Below are positions 1-9,845 of a stretch of 64,000 nt of DNA, one piece after another. The stretch covers positions 252,222 to 316,221 of IMG/VR virus record IMGVR_UViG_3300046779_001841, one strand, 5' to 3'. Positions within the stretch are counted from its first letter, which is position 1. Every line of letters starts with the position of its first letter. Under the pieces are notes generated by a model, which was given only the letters and a program-made list of their open reading frames with translations, was not told where the DNA came from and searched no databases. A program made the translations under genes and the position numbers. Source of the stretch: a virus (lineage: Duplodnaviria; Caudoviricetes).

Positions 1-1
1 T

Positions 2-151
2 AAATCCAGTAAAACCAAAGATGGTATTACTTTCTCATGTGAAGAAATCTTTTTCAAACCAAGTATTGTTACAGATAAAGACATCAAGAAATTTGAAAAG
101 AAGCTATCCAAATTTCTTGGAAATAAATATGAAAACCATATTGTAGATTAA
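2..151 (+). CDS. 3' end of a hypothetical protein cut by the window edge
   Basis: Open frame from position 2 (KSSKTKDGITFSCEE...HIVD) to TAA at 149-151; read by hand. Confidence 0.6.
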   Translation, partial: KSSKTKDGITFSCEEIFFKPSIVTDKDIKKFEKKLSKFLGNKYENHIVD

Positions 152-152
152 A

Positions 153-302
153 ATGTTCGCACAAGCACTCAAAGATTTACTAGAGAAAAAAATCATCGTT
201 AAATATGATCTCACTAAAGATGAACTTTTACTTATCTGGGATATTGCTTTTGCTTTAGGTTACACTACAGAAACCAAAGAAGAATTTTTAAAGAATTTAT
301 AA
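153..302 (+). CDS. Small hypothetical protein (49 aa)
   Basis: Hand translation MFAQALKDLLEKK...EEFLKNL*; abuts the upstream stop; below the ORF-track cutoff. Confidence 0.6.
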   Translation: MFAQALKDLLEKKIIVKYDLTKDELLLIWDIAFALGYTTETKEEFLKNL

Positions 303-340
303 ACTGCACTTTGTTGATTATTTGAACAAGGATAAAGACA

Positions 341-646
341 ATGGCAGTCATATTTAAACAAGGTGATACACCTACTAAATGGGATTTAAGAATTTATATT
401 CGTGATGACAAGAATAGATTTTTTGACCCTTATTCTATCACTTATGCTTTTTATTCAGTAGCTGGAAAAAATAGAATAGGTATGGCAGAAAGAACACCTA
501 TCAAGGAAAGCACTGGATATTACTTTGTAGGTGAGAAATTTAACACTGCATTTATAAAAGGCGATCATTATGTTGAATGGTCGATACAAAGAGATCCAAC
601 ATCACCAATAGAAGTTGCAAGACAAGAATTTGCTATTGTTGGTTAA
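341..646 (+). CDS. Ig-like virion protein, paralog of the N-terminal domain of 8320..9210
   Basis: MAVIFKQG..DLRIYI..SITYAFY..TGYYF aligns with MSVAFKRG..DLDIFL..SITYAIY..VGEYY; AAGGA SD. Confidence 0.65.
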   Translation: MAVIFKQGDTPTKWDLRIYIRDDKNRFFDPYSITYAFYSVAGKNRIGMAERTPIKESTGYYFVGEKFNTAFIKGDHYVEWSIQRDPTSPIEVARQEFAIVG

Positions 647-649
647 GAC

Positions 650-1384
650 TTAATATGGAGGATCAAAATCATCTTCTCTATAACCAGATACATCATATAA
701 CACTTCAACATCAAAAAGAAAATTGAGTTTATTGCCACTCCAATCTACATCTTTAAAAGTAACAAAGGCTTCCGCCAAATACTGTTCTCCTTTTTCTAAA
801 TTACGATTAAGAGATACATAATCTTTATCCAAATCATGATTCACTAAAAAATCTTCTATATCTTCACCTGTAAATTCAACTTTTGATTTCTTAATTTCTT
901 GCTTAATAAACATTGCGACTGCATTTAAATAAGAACCTTCTTTAAGACTTTTTAGAATACCAGCAGGCAAGATCTTACCACTTAAGAATGATTTGGCTTT
1001 TTCATTTAAATCTTTAGATAATTCTTCTGCTACTTGTTGTAAGTCTACACCCACATTTAATGTTAAAAATTGACCCATCGGACCCCTTTGTGTGTCTTGT
1101 TCCCAACCTGTATCACGCCAATATTTACCTTCTCCTATAAGCACTACTTCATCTTCAATAATTTCTTGCTTTACAACTTTCAAATCATAATTATAATCTG
1201 AATAAAAATGCAGAATATTAGGATAAATGTTTGCAAGACTTTCAACAATCACATCAGATACATGATCTTTAGCTTGATTGGATAATTCTTTTAATGCGAA
1301 CATTACACTGGGAAATGCAAGTAAAGAACCATTACCTGCTTGTTTTTGCATATATAACTTAGCAATCTTTTGATTTAATCTCAT
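650..1384 (-). CDS. Hypothetical protein, probably virion-associated
   Basis: 244 aa ORF with SD; N-terminal KIAKLY/KQAG motif shared with head proteins. Confidence 0.7.
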   Translation of the reverse strand: MRLNQKIAKLYMQKQAGNGSLLAFPSVMFALKELSNQAKDHVSDVIVESLANIYPNILHFYSDYNYDLKVVKQEIIEDEVVLIGEGKYWRDTGWEQDTQRGPMGQFLTLNVGVDLQQVAEELSKDLNEKAKSFLSGKILPAGILKSLKEGSYLNAVAMFIKQEIKKSKVEFTGEDIEDFLVNHDLDKDYVSLNRNLEKGEQYLAEAFVTFKDVDWSGNKLNFLFDVEVLYDVSGYREDDFDPPY

Positions 1385-1473
1385 TTTTAAAACCTTTCGT
1401 TTAGTTTCTTTAATAACAAATTTATAAATACTTTATTGCAGAGATTACTTTAATTTTTATAAAGGAATGAAAA

Positions 1474-1905
1474 ATGGCAAAGAAGAAAGCTACATTACCA
1501 CCATCACCATATACCTATTATGCAGATGTCTTAGAAGTCTATGATGGTGATACACTCACTGTTACTATTGATCTTGGTTTTAGTTTAACTGTTAAAACTA
1601 AAGTTCGTCTTATGGGTATTGATACTGCTGAAATGAAATCAGAAGATCCAGAAGTTAAGAAACTCGCTATTGCTAGTAGAGATTTTATTCGTTCTCAAGC
1701 ACTCGATAAGAAAGTTTTATTGAAAAGCCATAAGCCAGATAAGTATGGTCGTGCTTTAGCTGATATTTGGACTTTAGATGCTCAATGGCAACCAGCACCT
1801 AAGACTTTAAGTGAAATGATGATTGAACAAGGATTTGCCAAAGCATATGATGGTGGTACTAAAGATCAATTTACTGCAGATGATGCACTCAATGGTGTTA
1901 AATAA
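1474..1905 (+). CDS. Thermonuclease (SNase-like) family nuclease
   Basis: Motifs VYDGDT, VRLMGIDTAE and DKYGRALA. Confidence 0.92.
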   Translation: MAKKKATLPPSPYTYYADVLEVYDGDTLTVTIDLGFSLTVKTKVRLMGIDTAEMKSEDPEVKKLAIASRDFIRSQALDKKVLLKSHKPDKYGRALADIWTLDAQWQPAPKTLSEMMIEQGFAKAYDGGTKDQFTADDALNGVK

Positions 1906-1981
1906 AGTGTAATTCTTTTTTTAGAAAATATAAGTGTTTTTGTCTATGTAGACAAAACACATTTCTTAAAAAGGATAAACC

Positions 1982-2242
1982 ATGTCTTTAAGTTCGCATT
2001 ATGAAATCTTTTCTTATGTTAAAGAAAACTTTAGTGATATATTGAGTAATATTGACCATCTTGCTGGTGATATATTTGGATATGTAAAGAATACACATAA
2101 ACCTATTATCTTCTTTTATGCACATGATACAGATGATTGTATTGGTATTAGTCTAGTGTATGATGATAGAACTTTAAAAACTCATTTTCCATGCAATGAT
2201 TTAGAAAGTATTAAAAAGTATTTAATCGAAGAATGTGCATAA
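1982..2242 (+). CDS. Hypothetical protein, paralog of 5574..5852
   Basis: YVKENFSDILSNI versus YVKDNFSDLLINI; similar C-termini. Confidence 0.75.
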   Translation: MSLSSHYEIFSYVKENFSDILSNIDHLAGDIFGYVKNTHKPIIFFYAHDTDDCIGISLVYDDRTLKTHFPCNDLESIKKYLIEECA

Positions 2243-2260
2243 TCAAAAAAAATCATAATC

Positions 2261-2290
2261 TTGTGTAAAATTTAAGAATAAAAATATAAG
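2261..2290 (+). promoter_or_regulatory. Sigma70-type promoter for the paralog array
   Basis: TTGTGT-N18-TATAAG upstream of 2330; TATAAG recurs as the -10 box in this window. Confidence 0.5.
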
Positions 2291-2329
2291 TAAATACAAC
2301 ATTAAATCACTTAAAAAAGGATAGTAAAA

Positions 2330-2842
2330 ATGGCAAGAGCTATATCTAAAGATCTTGTTGTTCTTGAAAGATTATATCGTAGGCTTTCAGGACATAAATG
2401 TAATAAAGGTCGTGTTCATACATATCATCTAGGCAATCTTTATTGTAGATTTTGGGGTTATGGTCAATGGGCAGGATTAGGTTCAGTACAACCTATTGAA
2501 CCTAAGGAAAAACTTAGTGATGCTACTCGTCAAGAATATGAAAAAATGGCTAATGAAGCTATTAAACTCCAAAACACGATTGATACATCTGTGGTACGAT
2601 TGAACACACTCAGACAAGAAATTTCAACATACCTTTGTAGTAAAGGTGTTGAACCAGAACACATCCACAAAGATTTTTTTGTTGTTGACGATTATGAAAA
2701 CTATAAAACAATAGAAACAAAAATCAAAGATTTAAGAAAGCAACTTAAACCCTTACCTAAAGACAAAACAACACTTTCACTAAGAAAATCCTTAAAACTT
2801 GAAATTAAAAACTTACAAAACCAACTGGCAAAACTTAAATAG
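2330..2842 (+). CDS. Tandem paralog 1 (aromatic N-domain plus coiled coil)
   Basis: LERLYRRLSGHKCN..RFWGYG motif; helical C-terminus; SD. Confidence 0.85.
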   Translation: MARAISKDLVVLERLYRRLSGHKCNKGRVHTYHLGNLYCRFWGYGQWAGLGSVQPIEPKEKLSDATRQEYEKMANEAIKLQNTIDTSVVRLNTLRQEISTYLCSKGVEPEHIHKDFFVVDDYENYKTIETKIKDLRKQLKPLPKDKTTLSLRKSLKLEIKNLQNQLAKLK

Positions 2843-2853
2843 GAGCAAATATC

Positions 2854-3363
2854 ATGAGAGTTATTTCCAAAGCAAAAGCTACTCTTGAAGAAAAATATCG
2901 TCAAATCACAGGTCATCCATCTAATGATGGTTATGTCGAAAATTATATCATCAATAATATGTATGAAAGATTTATTGGATATGGTCGTAGTGTATGGTTA
3001 GGTGCATATTATTGGCTTCCCAATGATCATGGTTTAAGTCCAGAAGTTGAAGCTGAATACAATGCTCTTTATAAGAGATTTCAAGAATTAGATCGCGCTC
3101 TTGATTCTACTGTTAAAGAAATGAACAACCTTAGAATTGAAGGTGTTGAATTTCTTCAAAGACAAGATATTGATAGAAAAGACATCCACAAAGAGTTTAT
3201 TGTCATCAATGATTTTGAAACATATACTGCACTTGAAACCAAGATTAAAGCACTGAAACAAATTCTAAAAGAAACACCAAAGAATAAATCTACTCTTGCA
3301 GATAGAGAACACTTAACACAACAAATCACTGACTTAGAAACACAACTAAGACAAGTGAAATAG
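2854..3363 (+). CDS. Tandem paralog 2
   Basis: LEEKYRQITGHPSN..RFIGYG..WLG; GGAG SD. Confidence 0.85.
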   Translation: MRVISKAKATLEEKYRQITGHPSNDGYVENYIINNMYERFIGYGRSVWLGAYYWLPNDHGLSPEVEAEYNALYKRFQELDRALDSTVKEMNNLRIEGVEFLQRQDIDRKDIHKEFIVINDFETYTALETKIKALKQILKETPKNKSTLADREHLTQQITDLETQLRQVK

Positions 3364-3375
3364 GAGTTATAAATC

Positions 3376-3903
3376 ATGGGAAGAAAAAGAGGCATTACTC
3401 AAGAAAGAGCAACACTTGAAAGAGTATATCGTAATCTCAGTGGTCATAAATGTAATGATGGCTGGGTTATGGACTGGAAATCTTGGAACTGCAGTTATAG
3501 ATTTTGGAGTTTTAATCGCAGTGCTTGGCTAGGAGAATTTTATCCTATTGAAAAAGATGAACACATCAGTGATGAACTTCGTGCTGAGTATGAAGCCATT
3601 CAAAAACAAGCTACTGAACTTCAAAGAACTATCGATTATTCTATTTCTACATTAAACGATCTTCGTAGGCAAGGTGTTGAGTTTTTTACCAAGCATGGTA
3701 TTGATAGAAAAGACATCCATAAACCTTTTGAAATTCGTCAAGATCCAGATTACGAACAAAAGTACCAAGCACTTGAAACTCAAATCAAAGAGTTAAGAAA
3801 ACAAAAAAAAGCAATACCTAAAACTAAAGACACTCTTGCACAAAGAGCTGATTTAACTAAACAAATTGTTGAACTTGAAAATCAACAGAAAGCACTTAAT
3901 TAA
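3376..3903 (+). CDS. Tandem paralog 3
   Basis: LERVYRNLSGHKCN..RFWSFN..WLG; GGAG SD. Confidence 0.85.
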   Translation: MGRKRGITQERATLERVYRNLSGHKCNDGWVMDWKSWNCSYRFWSFNRSAWLGEFYPIEKDEHISDELRAEYEAIQKQATELQRTIDYSISTLNDLRRQGVEFFTKHGIDRKDIHKPFEIRQDPDYEQKYQALETQIKELRKQKKAIPKTKDTLAQRADLTKQIVELENQQKALN

Positions 3904-3904
3904 A

Positions 3905-4477
3905 ATGTCTAAAAGACGATTCATCACAAAGAAAGAAGAATTAGCTTATCCTGTACTAGAAAAAATCTCTGGTGGGAAAAGATGTAATTTTTATACAAGA
4001 GATTTTTCTTGGTATAAGGCTTATTCCGAAACAGGTGGTTGGGGTTCAGTTCATTATTACAATGATAGCATTTCTAACTATGAGTTAGATCGTGATCCTT
4101 ATACTAGCTTATTTCAAGCTATGCCAGAAATTAAAGATAAATTTATTGAAATGGTAAAACTCGGTAATCAAGTCCAAGATACTGCTCGTGTCTATGACAA
4201 GTTAAGAGAAGAGATCATTGACCAACTCAAAGATACTTTCTTTGATAGAAATGCTAATTCCGAACACGCTTTTATTGTTATGACTGATGAACAAGAAGCA
4301 CAATGGAAAGATTTAAAAGCAAATCGTGAAAAGATCGAACCACTTAAAGTTCGTTTAGGTGAATTACTTGAAGAATTAGATAACATTCCTAAAGGTAAAA
4401 AAGATCCAAAACGAAAACCACTTGAAGATGAAATTGAAAGTATCACTACTCAACTAAGACTTGTTAATGCTATTTAA
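3905..4477 (+). CDS. Tandem paralog 4 (divergent)
   Basis: Start moved to ATG 3905 after the upstream stop; LEKISGGKRCN and a matching C-terminal coiled coil. Confidence 0.75.
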   Translation: MSKRRFITKKEELAYPVLEKISGGKRCNFYTRDFSWYKAYSETGGWGSVHYYNDSISNYELDRDPYTSLFQAMPEIKDKFIEMVKLGNQVQDTARVYDKLREEIIDQLKDTFFDRNANSEHAFIVMTDEQEAQWKDLKANREKIEPLKVRLGELLEELDNIPKGKKDPKRKPLEDEIESITTQLRLVNAI

Positions 4478-4888
4478 TAAACTTTCATAGATTGCTTGTT
4501 CATCTCTTATTTGTTTCATAAATTGATCATATAACACACTGCTTGTATCTAAAATCATATTTATTGCTTCTTCAAAATTTTGATCTGCACCATTGATCTT
4601 AAATGATGATCTAACATCATCTGGATAATATATGATAGGTAAAGGCTGGATTTTCCCTTCATATACAAATTTAATGGTCTTGTCTTTATCATTTATTTGT
4701 ATTGCTATGAATGGTGAAAAAGGATTTGCTTTATACAAGACCTTTTCTTTACCTATCTCTTTTATTGTTCTATGACTTATATCATCAAAAAAATTTCCCA
4801 AGATTTCTATCATTGGTTTTTGTTCATTTATGATTTCATCATTTGGTTTAGATCTACATCTACCATTTTTAAATTCTGTATATTTCAT
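4454..4888 (-). CDS. Hypothetical protein
   Basis: 144 aa ORF; TAGATG junction with the upstream peptide gene. Confidence 0.7.
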   Translation of the reverse strand: MKYTEFKNGRCRSKPNDEIINEQKPMIEILGNFFDDISHRTIKEIGKEKVLYKANPFSPFIAIQINDKDKTIKFVYEGKIQPLPIIYYPDDVRSSFKINGADQNFEEAINMILDTSSVLYDQFMKQIRDEQAIYESLLNSINKS

Positions 4889-5059
4889 CTATCCTCCATA
4901 ATATTCTTCACAAGTGATTTGAGTTAAGAAATCATCAAATTTTTGTTCTTCAACTTTCTTTACTTCAACACCATCTTGTTCCCAAGAGAATTTATCATCA
5001 TCACAATAAAATTCTTCACAAGTGATAGAACTTAAAAAATCATCAAAGTAGTTATTCAT
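4889..5059 (-). CDS. 56-aa acidic peptide with two FDDFLxxITCEE(F/Y)Y motifs
   Basis: Hand translation MNNYFDDFLSSITCEEFYCDDDKFSWEQDGVEVKKVEEQKFDDFLTQITCEEYYGG*; AAGGA SD; conserved motif upstream. Confidence 0.8.
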   Translation of the reverse strand: MNNYFDDFLSSITCEEFYCDDDKFSWEQDGVEVKKVEEQKFDDFLTQITCEEYYGG

Positions 5060-5093
5060 AGGTTTTTTCCTTTTTTTAGGTTTTTGGTTTCAA

Positions 5094-5140
5094 TCATTAC
5101 TGACATATATATAACACTTCTCATTGAGCAACCTTTGCAA
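5094..5140 (-). promoter_or_regulatory. Conserved ~47-bp motif, copy A
   Basis: TTGCAAAGGTTGC-N8-AAGTGTTATATATATGTCAGTAATGA upstream of 5059. Confidence 0.8.
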
Positions 5141-5151
5141 CAAGAATGAAA

Positions 5152-5412
5152 TTATTTTTTATAATTTACATCTTTCAAAATGAGATATGCTTCATAAGTA
5201 GTATCATCACTGGCAAATGCACCTTGTGTTTCTTTACCATCTACATTGAGTGTATAGGTAGCATCATCACAAGTGAAACTCAAGCTATTGAGATTGGTAG
5301 TAACTCCATTTGGTGTCAATGCAAGTGAATGGTTGGTAGTGGTATGCCAGAAACCTTTGTTAAAGGTATGATCTGAAGTATTGAGCAATTTACAAATTTC
5401 ATAAGCAAACAT
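5152..5412 (-). CDS. Hypothetical protein
   Basis: 86 aa ORF with SD; motif copy B upstream. Confidence 0.75.
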   Translation of the reverse strand: MFAYEICKLLNTSDHTFNKGFWHTTTNHSLALTPNGVTTNLNSLSFTCDDATYTLNVDGKETQGAFASDDTTYEAYLILKDVNYKK

Positions 5413-5429
5413 TTGAAATCCTTTGTTTA

Positions 5430-5477
5430 GTCATTATCGACATAACCATAACACTTGATCTCATGCAATCTTTGCAA
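5430..5477 (-). promoter_or_regulatory. Conserved motif, copy B
   Basis: TTGCAAAGATTGC-N8-AAGTGTTATGGTTATGTCGATAATGAC. Confidence 0.8.
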
Positions 5478-5573
5478 CGAATGTTAAAAAAATTAAATCT
5501 TTTTTTTAAGACAAAAAGAGTGTCTTTAATATAATAAGAATGAAAACACACAACTCGCACCAAGAATGTAGAT

Positions 5574-5852
5574 ATGTTTGACATTAAAAAGTATGTAAAA
5601 GACAACTTCAGTGATCTACTGATTAACATTATGAGTTTAGATACTAATATCATGTGTATGGGTATTTTGGAATCTCATTTCTTAGAAGATGATATGATCA
5701 TCGTGTTCTCTATTAAAGAAGATGAAATGATCTTAGTAGAAAAACAATATTGGGATGAGATAGGCGATCTTGAATTGAAACCTAAAATTTTAAAAAATGC
5801 AGTTTTCCATACCAGTCATCTGAATGAGATTAAAAACTTTATATTGGATTAA
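5574..5852 (+). CDS. Hypothetical protein, paralog of 1982..2242
   Basis: Shared YVK(D/E)NFSD(L/I)LxNI N-terminus. Confidence 0.75.
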   Translation: MFDIKKYVKDNFSDLLINIMSLDTNIMCMGILESHFLEDDMIIVFSIKEDEMILVEKQYWDEIGDLELKPKILKNAVFHTSHLNEIKNFILD

Positions 5853-6243
5853 TCAAAAACACTCGCACTGGAAAACCACTTTGCCTATGTAAAATACCCA
5901 TCTTTGTTAATCGTGTATTTCCAGCTATTAGTTCATATTCATCTGCATACTTCATAACGATTGGCAATTCTATTCTTATATCTGTTTGATTAAACATTTT
6001 TGTAATTCGTCTTTGACGATCTCTTGTTATATATTTTTTAAAAGCATACTGCATAGCATCCAAAGATTGATCATAATCAGTATTCTTGATTATACCAGCT
6101 AAACATAATGTTTCTGGATCTATCTCTTTTCCATGTTGTATAGCATTTAACCATGTTTCTTTAGTAGTGAATATGTGTGGGTATCTTTTTGCTTCACACC
6201 ATTCAAAATCTGCATTTGGAGGATCAAAAATAATATTCATCAT
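5839..6243 (-). CDS. ParB/sulfiredoxin-like domain protein
   Basis: LPIVMK..YELIAGNTRL resembles the ParB-N 'P.iv....y.li.G..R' motif; start placed at ATG-ATG 6243. Confidence 0.55.
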   Translation of the reverse strand: MMNIIFDPPNADFEWCEAKRYPHIFTTKETWLNAIQHGKEIDPETLCLAGIIKNTDYDQSLDAMQYAFKKYITRDRQRRITKMFNQTDIRIELPIVMKYADEYELIAGNTRLTKMGILHRQSGFPVRVFLINPI

Positions 6244-7403
6244 ACCAAGATCATATAATTGATTGCACAAGTTTGTGGCGCACCACTTTGATTATTTAGA
6301 TCAAACTTTACAGTAGCACTTACACCATTTACTCTTGATGCGATATAAGGTGCTTTATCTAAGTTTAAATTTAATACTTCTGGATATTCTACTGTTACTA
6401 GAATTGGACTTGTTGCAGTGATCAAACTACTATCTAATTGTACACTTGTACCATGTTGTCCATTATTAATAACAAATGCTAGTCTACCATAAGGACTTGA
6501 TATAACATCTTCACCAGATACAACTAATAGACCATCATCATAATTCTTAATAACTACTTTACCATCACTTGCACCACCTACTCCAGCTACAGGTTCTAAT
6601 ATAACATCACCAGAACTATGTCCACCACCATTCCCTAAACCTGATTTAATTGTGACATCTCCACCTGTATTTACCCAACCACCTACACCAGGATTACCAA
6701 TACCACCTGCTTCTATTAAAATTGAACCACTAATACTAGCTTCTCCTGTGGTAATAGAATTACCACCATATATATTCACACCACCAGCTTCTGCACCTGC
6801 TACCCAAGCAGGTCCACCAGATATATTTACACTACCACCATTACCTGTAGGTTTATCTCCTGCATATAAAATAATATCACCTGCAGTTCCTGTACTACCA
6901 CGACCACCATATATGATCACATCACCACCATTTGTTCCCTCACCACCAGTCAATCCAATATAACCACCATTATTATTGTTTGAGTTTCCACCTTGTAGCT
7001 GAATATCTCCACCTGTTTCTTCTACAGAATTACCTGCTTTTACATTAATATTTGTACCAACATCACTATTAGTGTTATCTCTCAAATAAAAAGTATTACC
7101 TTCATAAGATACATTGAGTTTATAACTGCCATCTTCATCTGTACTCAAGAGATTTACATCTCCCATCACAAAAAAGGTTTCTATTAAACCTTGATCTATA
7201 AAAGATCGAATAGCACCATTCTCATAGCTATATTGTACTTGTTCTGTAAATAAGACAACGACTGATCCATTCGCAGGAACATATTGATAAGGTTTACGAT
7301 TATTGACACGACCATTTTGATCTTTACCATCATGTATGTCATTAATATAGAGAGAAGATTGAGAACCAACATTAGTAATTCTTAAAGATAATGAATTTGC
7401 CAT
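6240..7403 (-). CDS. Gly-rich virion fibre or decoration protein
   Basis: Repeated GGDV(I/T)I..G beta-strand units typical of phage fibres. Confidence 0.65.
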   Translation of the reverse strand: MANSLSLRITNVGSQSSLYINDIHDGKDQNGRVNNRKPYQYVPANGSVVVLFTEQVQYSYENGAIRSFIDQGLIETFFVMGDVNLLSTDEDGSYKLNVSYEGNTFYLRDNTNSDVGTNINVKAGNSVEETGGDIQLQGGNSNNNNGGYIGLTGGEGTNGGDVIIYGGRGSTGTAGDIILYAGDKPTGNGGSVNISGGPAWVAGAEAGGVNIYGGNSITTGEASISGSILIEAGGIGNPGVGGWVNTGGDVTIKSGLGNGGGHSSGDVILEPVAGVGGASDGKVVIKNYDDGLLVVSGEDVISSPYGRLAFVINNGQHGTSVQLDSSLITATSPILVTVEYPEVLNLNLDKAPYIASRVNGVSATVKFDLNNQSGAPQTCAINYMILV

Positions 7404-7453
7404 TTTTTAAACCCCATGTAAATATACAATAAAGTTTATCTATTTAATCAATA

Positions 7454-8197
7454 TTAAACCTTGATAGCTGTGAAATAAGTACCTTGACTGGTGCCTGAAC
7501 CAGATATTACATGAGAAGTAGGATTTGCACTATATGCAGTAAATTGAATATAATCTGTTGAACCATCTAAATAGACAATACTTGAATTATATAGAGTAGC
7601 ACCTATTGATGTTGGTATTGGCGATTGTGCAATAGCAACAGTATTACCATTTTTTCTCATCTGTATATTCATTTGATTTAAAGATGATGATCCTGGTTGA
7701 AACCAAACACTAAAACAAATATTATAATATCCTGCTAAAGTAGGTTGATATTTATAGGTGCTATTATTCCACCATCCTAAAGGATCAACAGAAAATGTAC
7801 GATCATTTTTAAACTGTATAACAGTATCGTCTGAAAGACTAAGAGTTTGATCGTCTGCTAATCTACCTGCACATATATAAGAAGCACTATTACTGACTTT
7901 GACCCAACCACTACTTGTAGATACTACTTCTAAAGTATCCTTCTTATCATACATGAGATAAGAATTTAAACCATCAATAGTAGAACTATTGGTAGAAGCA
8001 TTTATAGTAATATTTGAAGATAAATCACTAGGTGCTTTTATCACATATCTATAACCTAAAACAGATGATGGTGCAGGTAGATTTATTGTTTGACCACTAT
8101 ATCCTACATAAATACTATCGAATGCAGTTAAAGTATAAGTAGTCGCAGATGCAGATACTTTTACAGGCACTTTATTATTTTGATAATGAACAGTCAT
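7454..8197 (-). CDS. Virion protein with a C1q-like C-terminal domain
   Basis: YQPTLAGYYNICFSV..MRKNGN..IVYLDGSTDYIQF pattern; start at ATG 8197 with SD. Confidence 0.65.
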   Translation of the reverse strand: MTVHYQNNKVPVKVSASATTYTLTAFDSIYVGYSGQTINLPAPSSVLGYRYVIKAPSDLSSNITINASTNSSTIDGLNSYLMYDKKDTLEVVSTSSGWVKVSNSASYICAGRLADDQTLSLSDDTVIQFKNDRTFSVDPLGWWNNSTYKYQPTLAGYYNICFSVWFQPGSSSLNQMNIQMRKNGNTVAIAQSPIPTSIGATLYNSSIVYLDGSTDYIQFTAYSANPTSHVISGSGTSQGTYFTAIKV

Positions 8198-8319
8198 ATC
8201 TAAACCCTTTAAAATAAACACATATTAAACAAAGAATAATAAAAACTTTATCAATGAGAAATTTTAATATCTCTTTTATATCTTTCTTTTGTTTATATTA
8301 CTTAAACAAGGTAGATAAA

Positions 8320-9210
8320 ATGAGTGTTGCATTTAAAAGAGGTCAAACATTAAGTCGTGGTGACTTAGATATATTTTTGACTAATGCTAGTGGAAATGTT
8401 GCTAATGCTTCATCCATAACTTATGCCATTTATTTTGTAGATCAACAAGTTGATGTCTTGATTGGCGATCCTGCAAGAATACCAGAAAATCCAGCAGTTG
8501 GTGAATATTATGCTTCTTTGAGAATACCAGCTACTGCATCTTATGGTACATATAGAATAAAATGGAAAATAAAAGAACTTGTAAATAGTCCAGAACAAGA
8601 AGTAGTACAAGAATTTGGTGTGGTTACTGATAATATTATCTTAGGTGCATCTTATTCCACCAATCAAAGAACAATGATAGATAAATTAAGATTGCTACTA
8701 AGAGATCAAAATCCAGATAAATTTTATCATTTTAGACCACCTGAAGCAGAAGCTAATGTTGGTCAATACAATCGAGTATTTGGTCAAGTTTGGGAAGATG
8801 CAGAATTGTTAGAATATATTGAAAGAGCATTAGACTGGTGGAATATGATGCCACCAGAAACAGATGGTGAATATAAAAATATAGATGTTTTATGTAATCA
8901 AAAACCTGCATGGAGAACTGCTATCTTTCAAGGTGCAATTCAGTTTGCGGCCATGGCTTTACAAGCAAATTGGATTGTAGATGAATTTGATTATTCGATT
9001 GGTGGTATCTCTTTAAACATAGATAAATCATCTAAATATGAAGGTTTAAGATCGGCCGCTGAAAGCCAATGGCAAACTGCTACCGAAATGAAAGCTAGAA
9101 CAACAAAAATCATTCGTGGTTTGCAACAACCTAAATATGGTGTTGGTATTCGATCAGCATTCGGTCCCCATGTTGGTCGTGGTGTCCTTTCCCCAAGAAA
9201 TTTCCTCTAA
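8320..9210 (+). CDS. Putative head-tail adaptor with an N-terminal Ig-like domain
   Basis: IDKLRLLLRD..WEDAEL..ALDWWN..FDYSIGGISL resembles connector proteins; start ATG 8320 with SD. Confidence 0.55.
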   Translation: MSVAFKRGQTLSRGDLDIFLTNASGNVANASSITYAIYFVDQQVDVLIGDPARIPENPAVGEYYASLRIPATASYGTYRIKWKIKELVNSPEQEVVQEFGVVTDNIILGASYSTNQRTMIDKLRLLLRDQNPDKFYHFRPPEAEANVGQYNRVFGQVWEDAELLEYIERALDWWNMMPPETDGEYKNIDVLCNQKPAWRTAIFQGAIQFAAMALQANWIVDEFDYSIGGISLNIDKSSKYEGLRSAAESQWQTATEMKARTTKIIRGLQQPKYGVGIRSAFGPHVGRGVLSPRNFL

Positions 9211-9226
9211 AAATAAGATATAGAAA

Positions 9227-9541
9227 ATGACAGAACAACAAAACGAACAAATAAGAAAATGGATAAGTTGGGCAATGAAAGGCTTATCAGCCAGTGTTTT
9301 ACCACTTATCTATTGGCTTAATGACATAAGTGTTGAAAATGCGGTACTTGAAAACCAAATAATCAATATACAGAACAAAATAAATCAAATAGAATATCAA
9401 GTGTATGAAGTTAAAAAAGATGTTGTTAATGATAAAGTAATGGATGCTCGTACAGAACAAGCATTAAAAGATATAGAGAAAGATATTAACAACATTGAAA
9501 AAAACTTAAATGAGATCCAAAAGATCATTATTGAAAAGTGA
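9227..9541 (+). CDS. Membrane-anchored coiled-coil protein (holin-like)
   Basis: One N-terminal hydrophobic segment followed by heptads. Confidence 0.5.
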   Translation: MTEQQNEQIRKWISWAMKGLSASVLPLIYWLNDISVENAVLENQIINIQNKINQIEYQVYEVKKDVVNDKVMDARTEQALKDIEKDINNIEKNLNEIQKIIIEK

Positions 9542-9548
9542 GTTTAAA

Positions 9549-9845
9549 ATGAAAATATACTCTTTAGCTATTATCTTTACATCTGTTTTCTTTCTCATAT
9601 CTGGAACTGATGATTTCTTTAAACATCAAAAGATTGAGATGACTACTACTCATGCAAATGAAATGAATTTTGTTGAGATACCACCACCAAAAAATCTTTT
9701 ACCAGAAAAAGAAGTAAAAATAAATGATATTAAGAAGAAAACAGATTGTATAAATAAAACATCTAAAGATATATTACATAAACTCAAAATGAAAAAGGCA
9801 ATACAAAATGCAAAGCACAATCAAACAGATAGGGACACTCTCTGA
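9549..9845 (+). CDS. Secreted or membrane hypothetical protein
   Basis: N-terminal hydrophobic segment from ATG 9549. Confidence 0.6.
   Translation: MKIYSLAIIFTSVFFLISGTDDFFKHQKIEMTTTHANEMNFVEIPPPKNLLPEKEVKINDIKKKTDCINKTSKDILHKLKMKKAIQNAKHNQTDRDTL

Noticed and set aside
2330-4477. Diversity-generating retroelement acting on the paralog array
   Set aside because: No reverse transcriptase in the window, and no template/variable repeat pair differing only at adenines.
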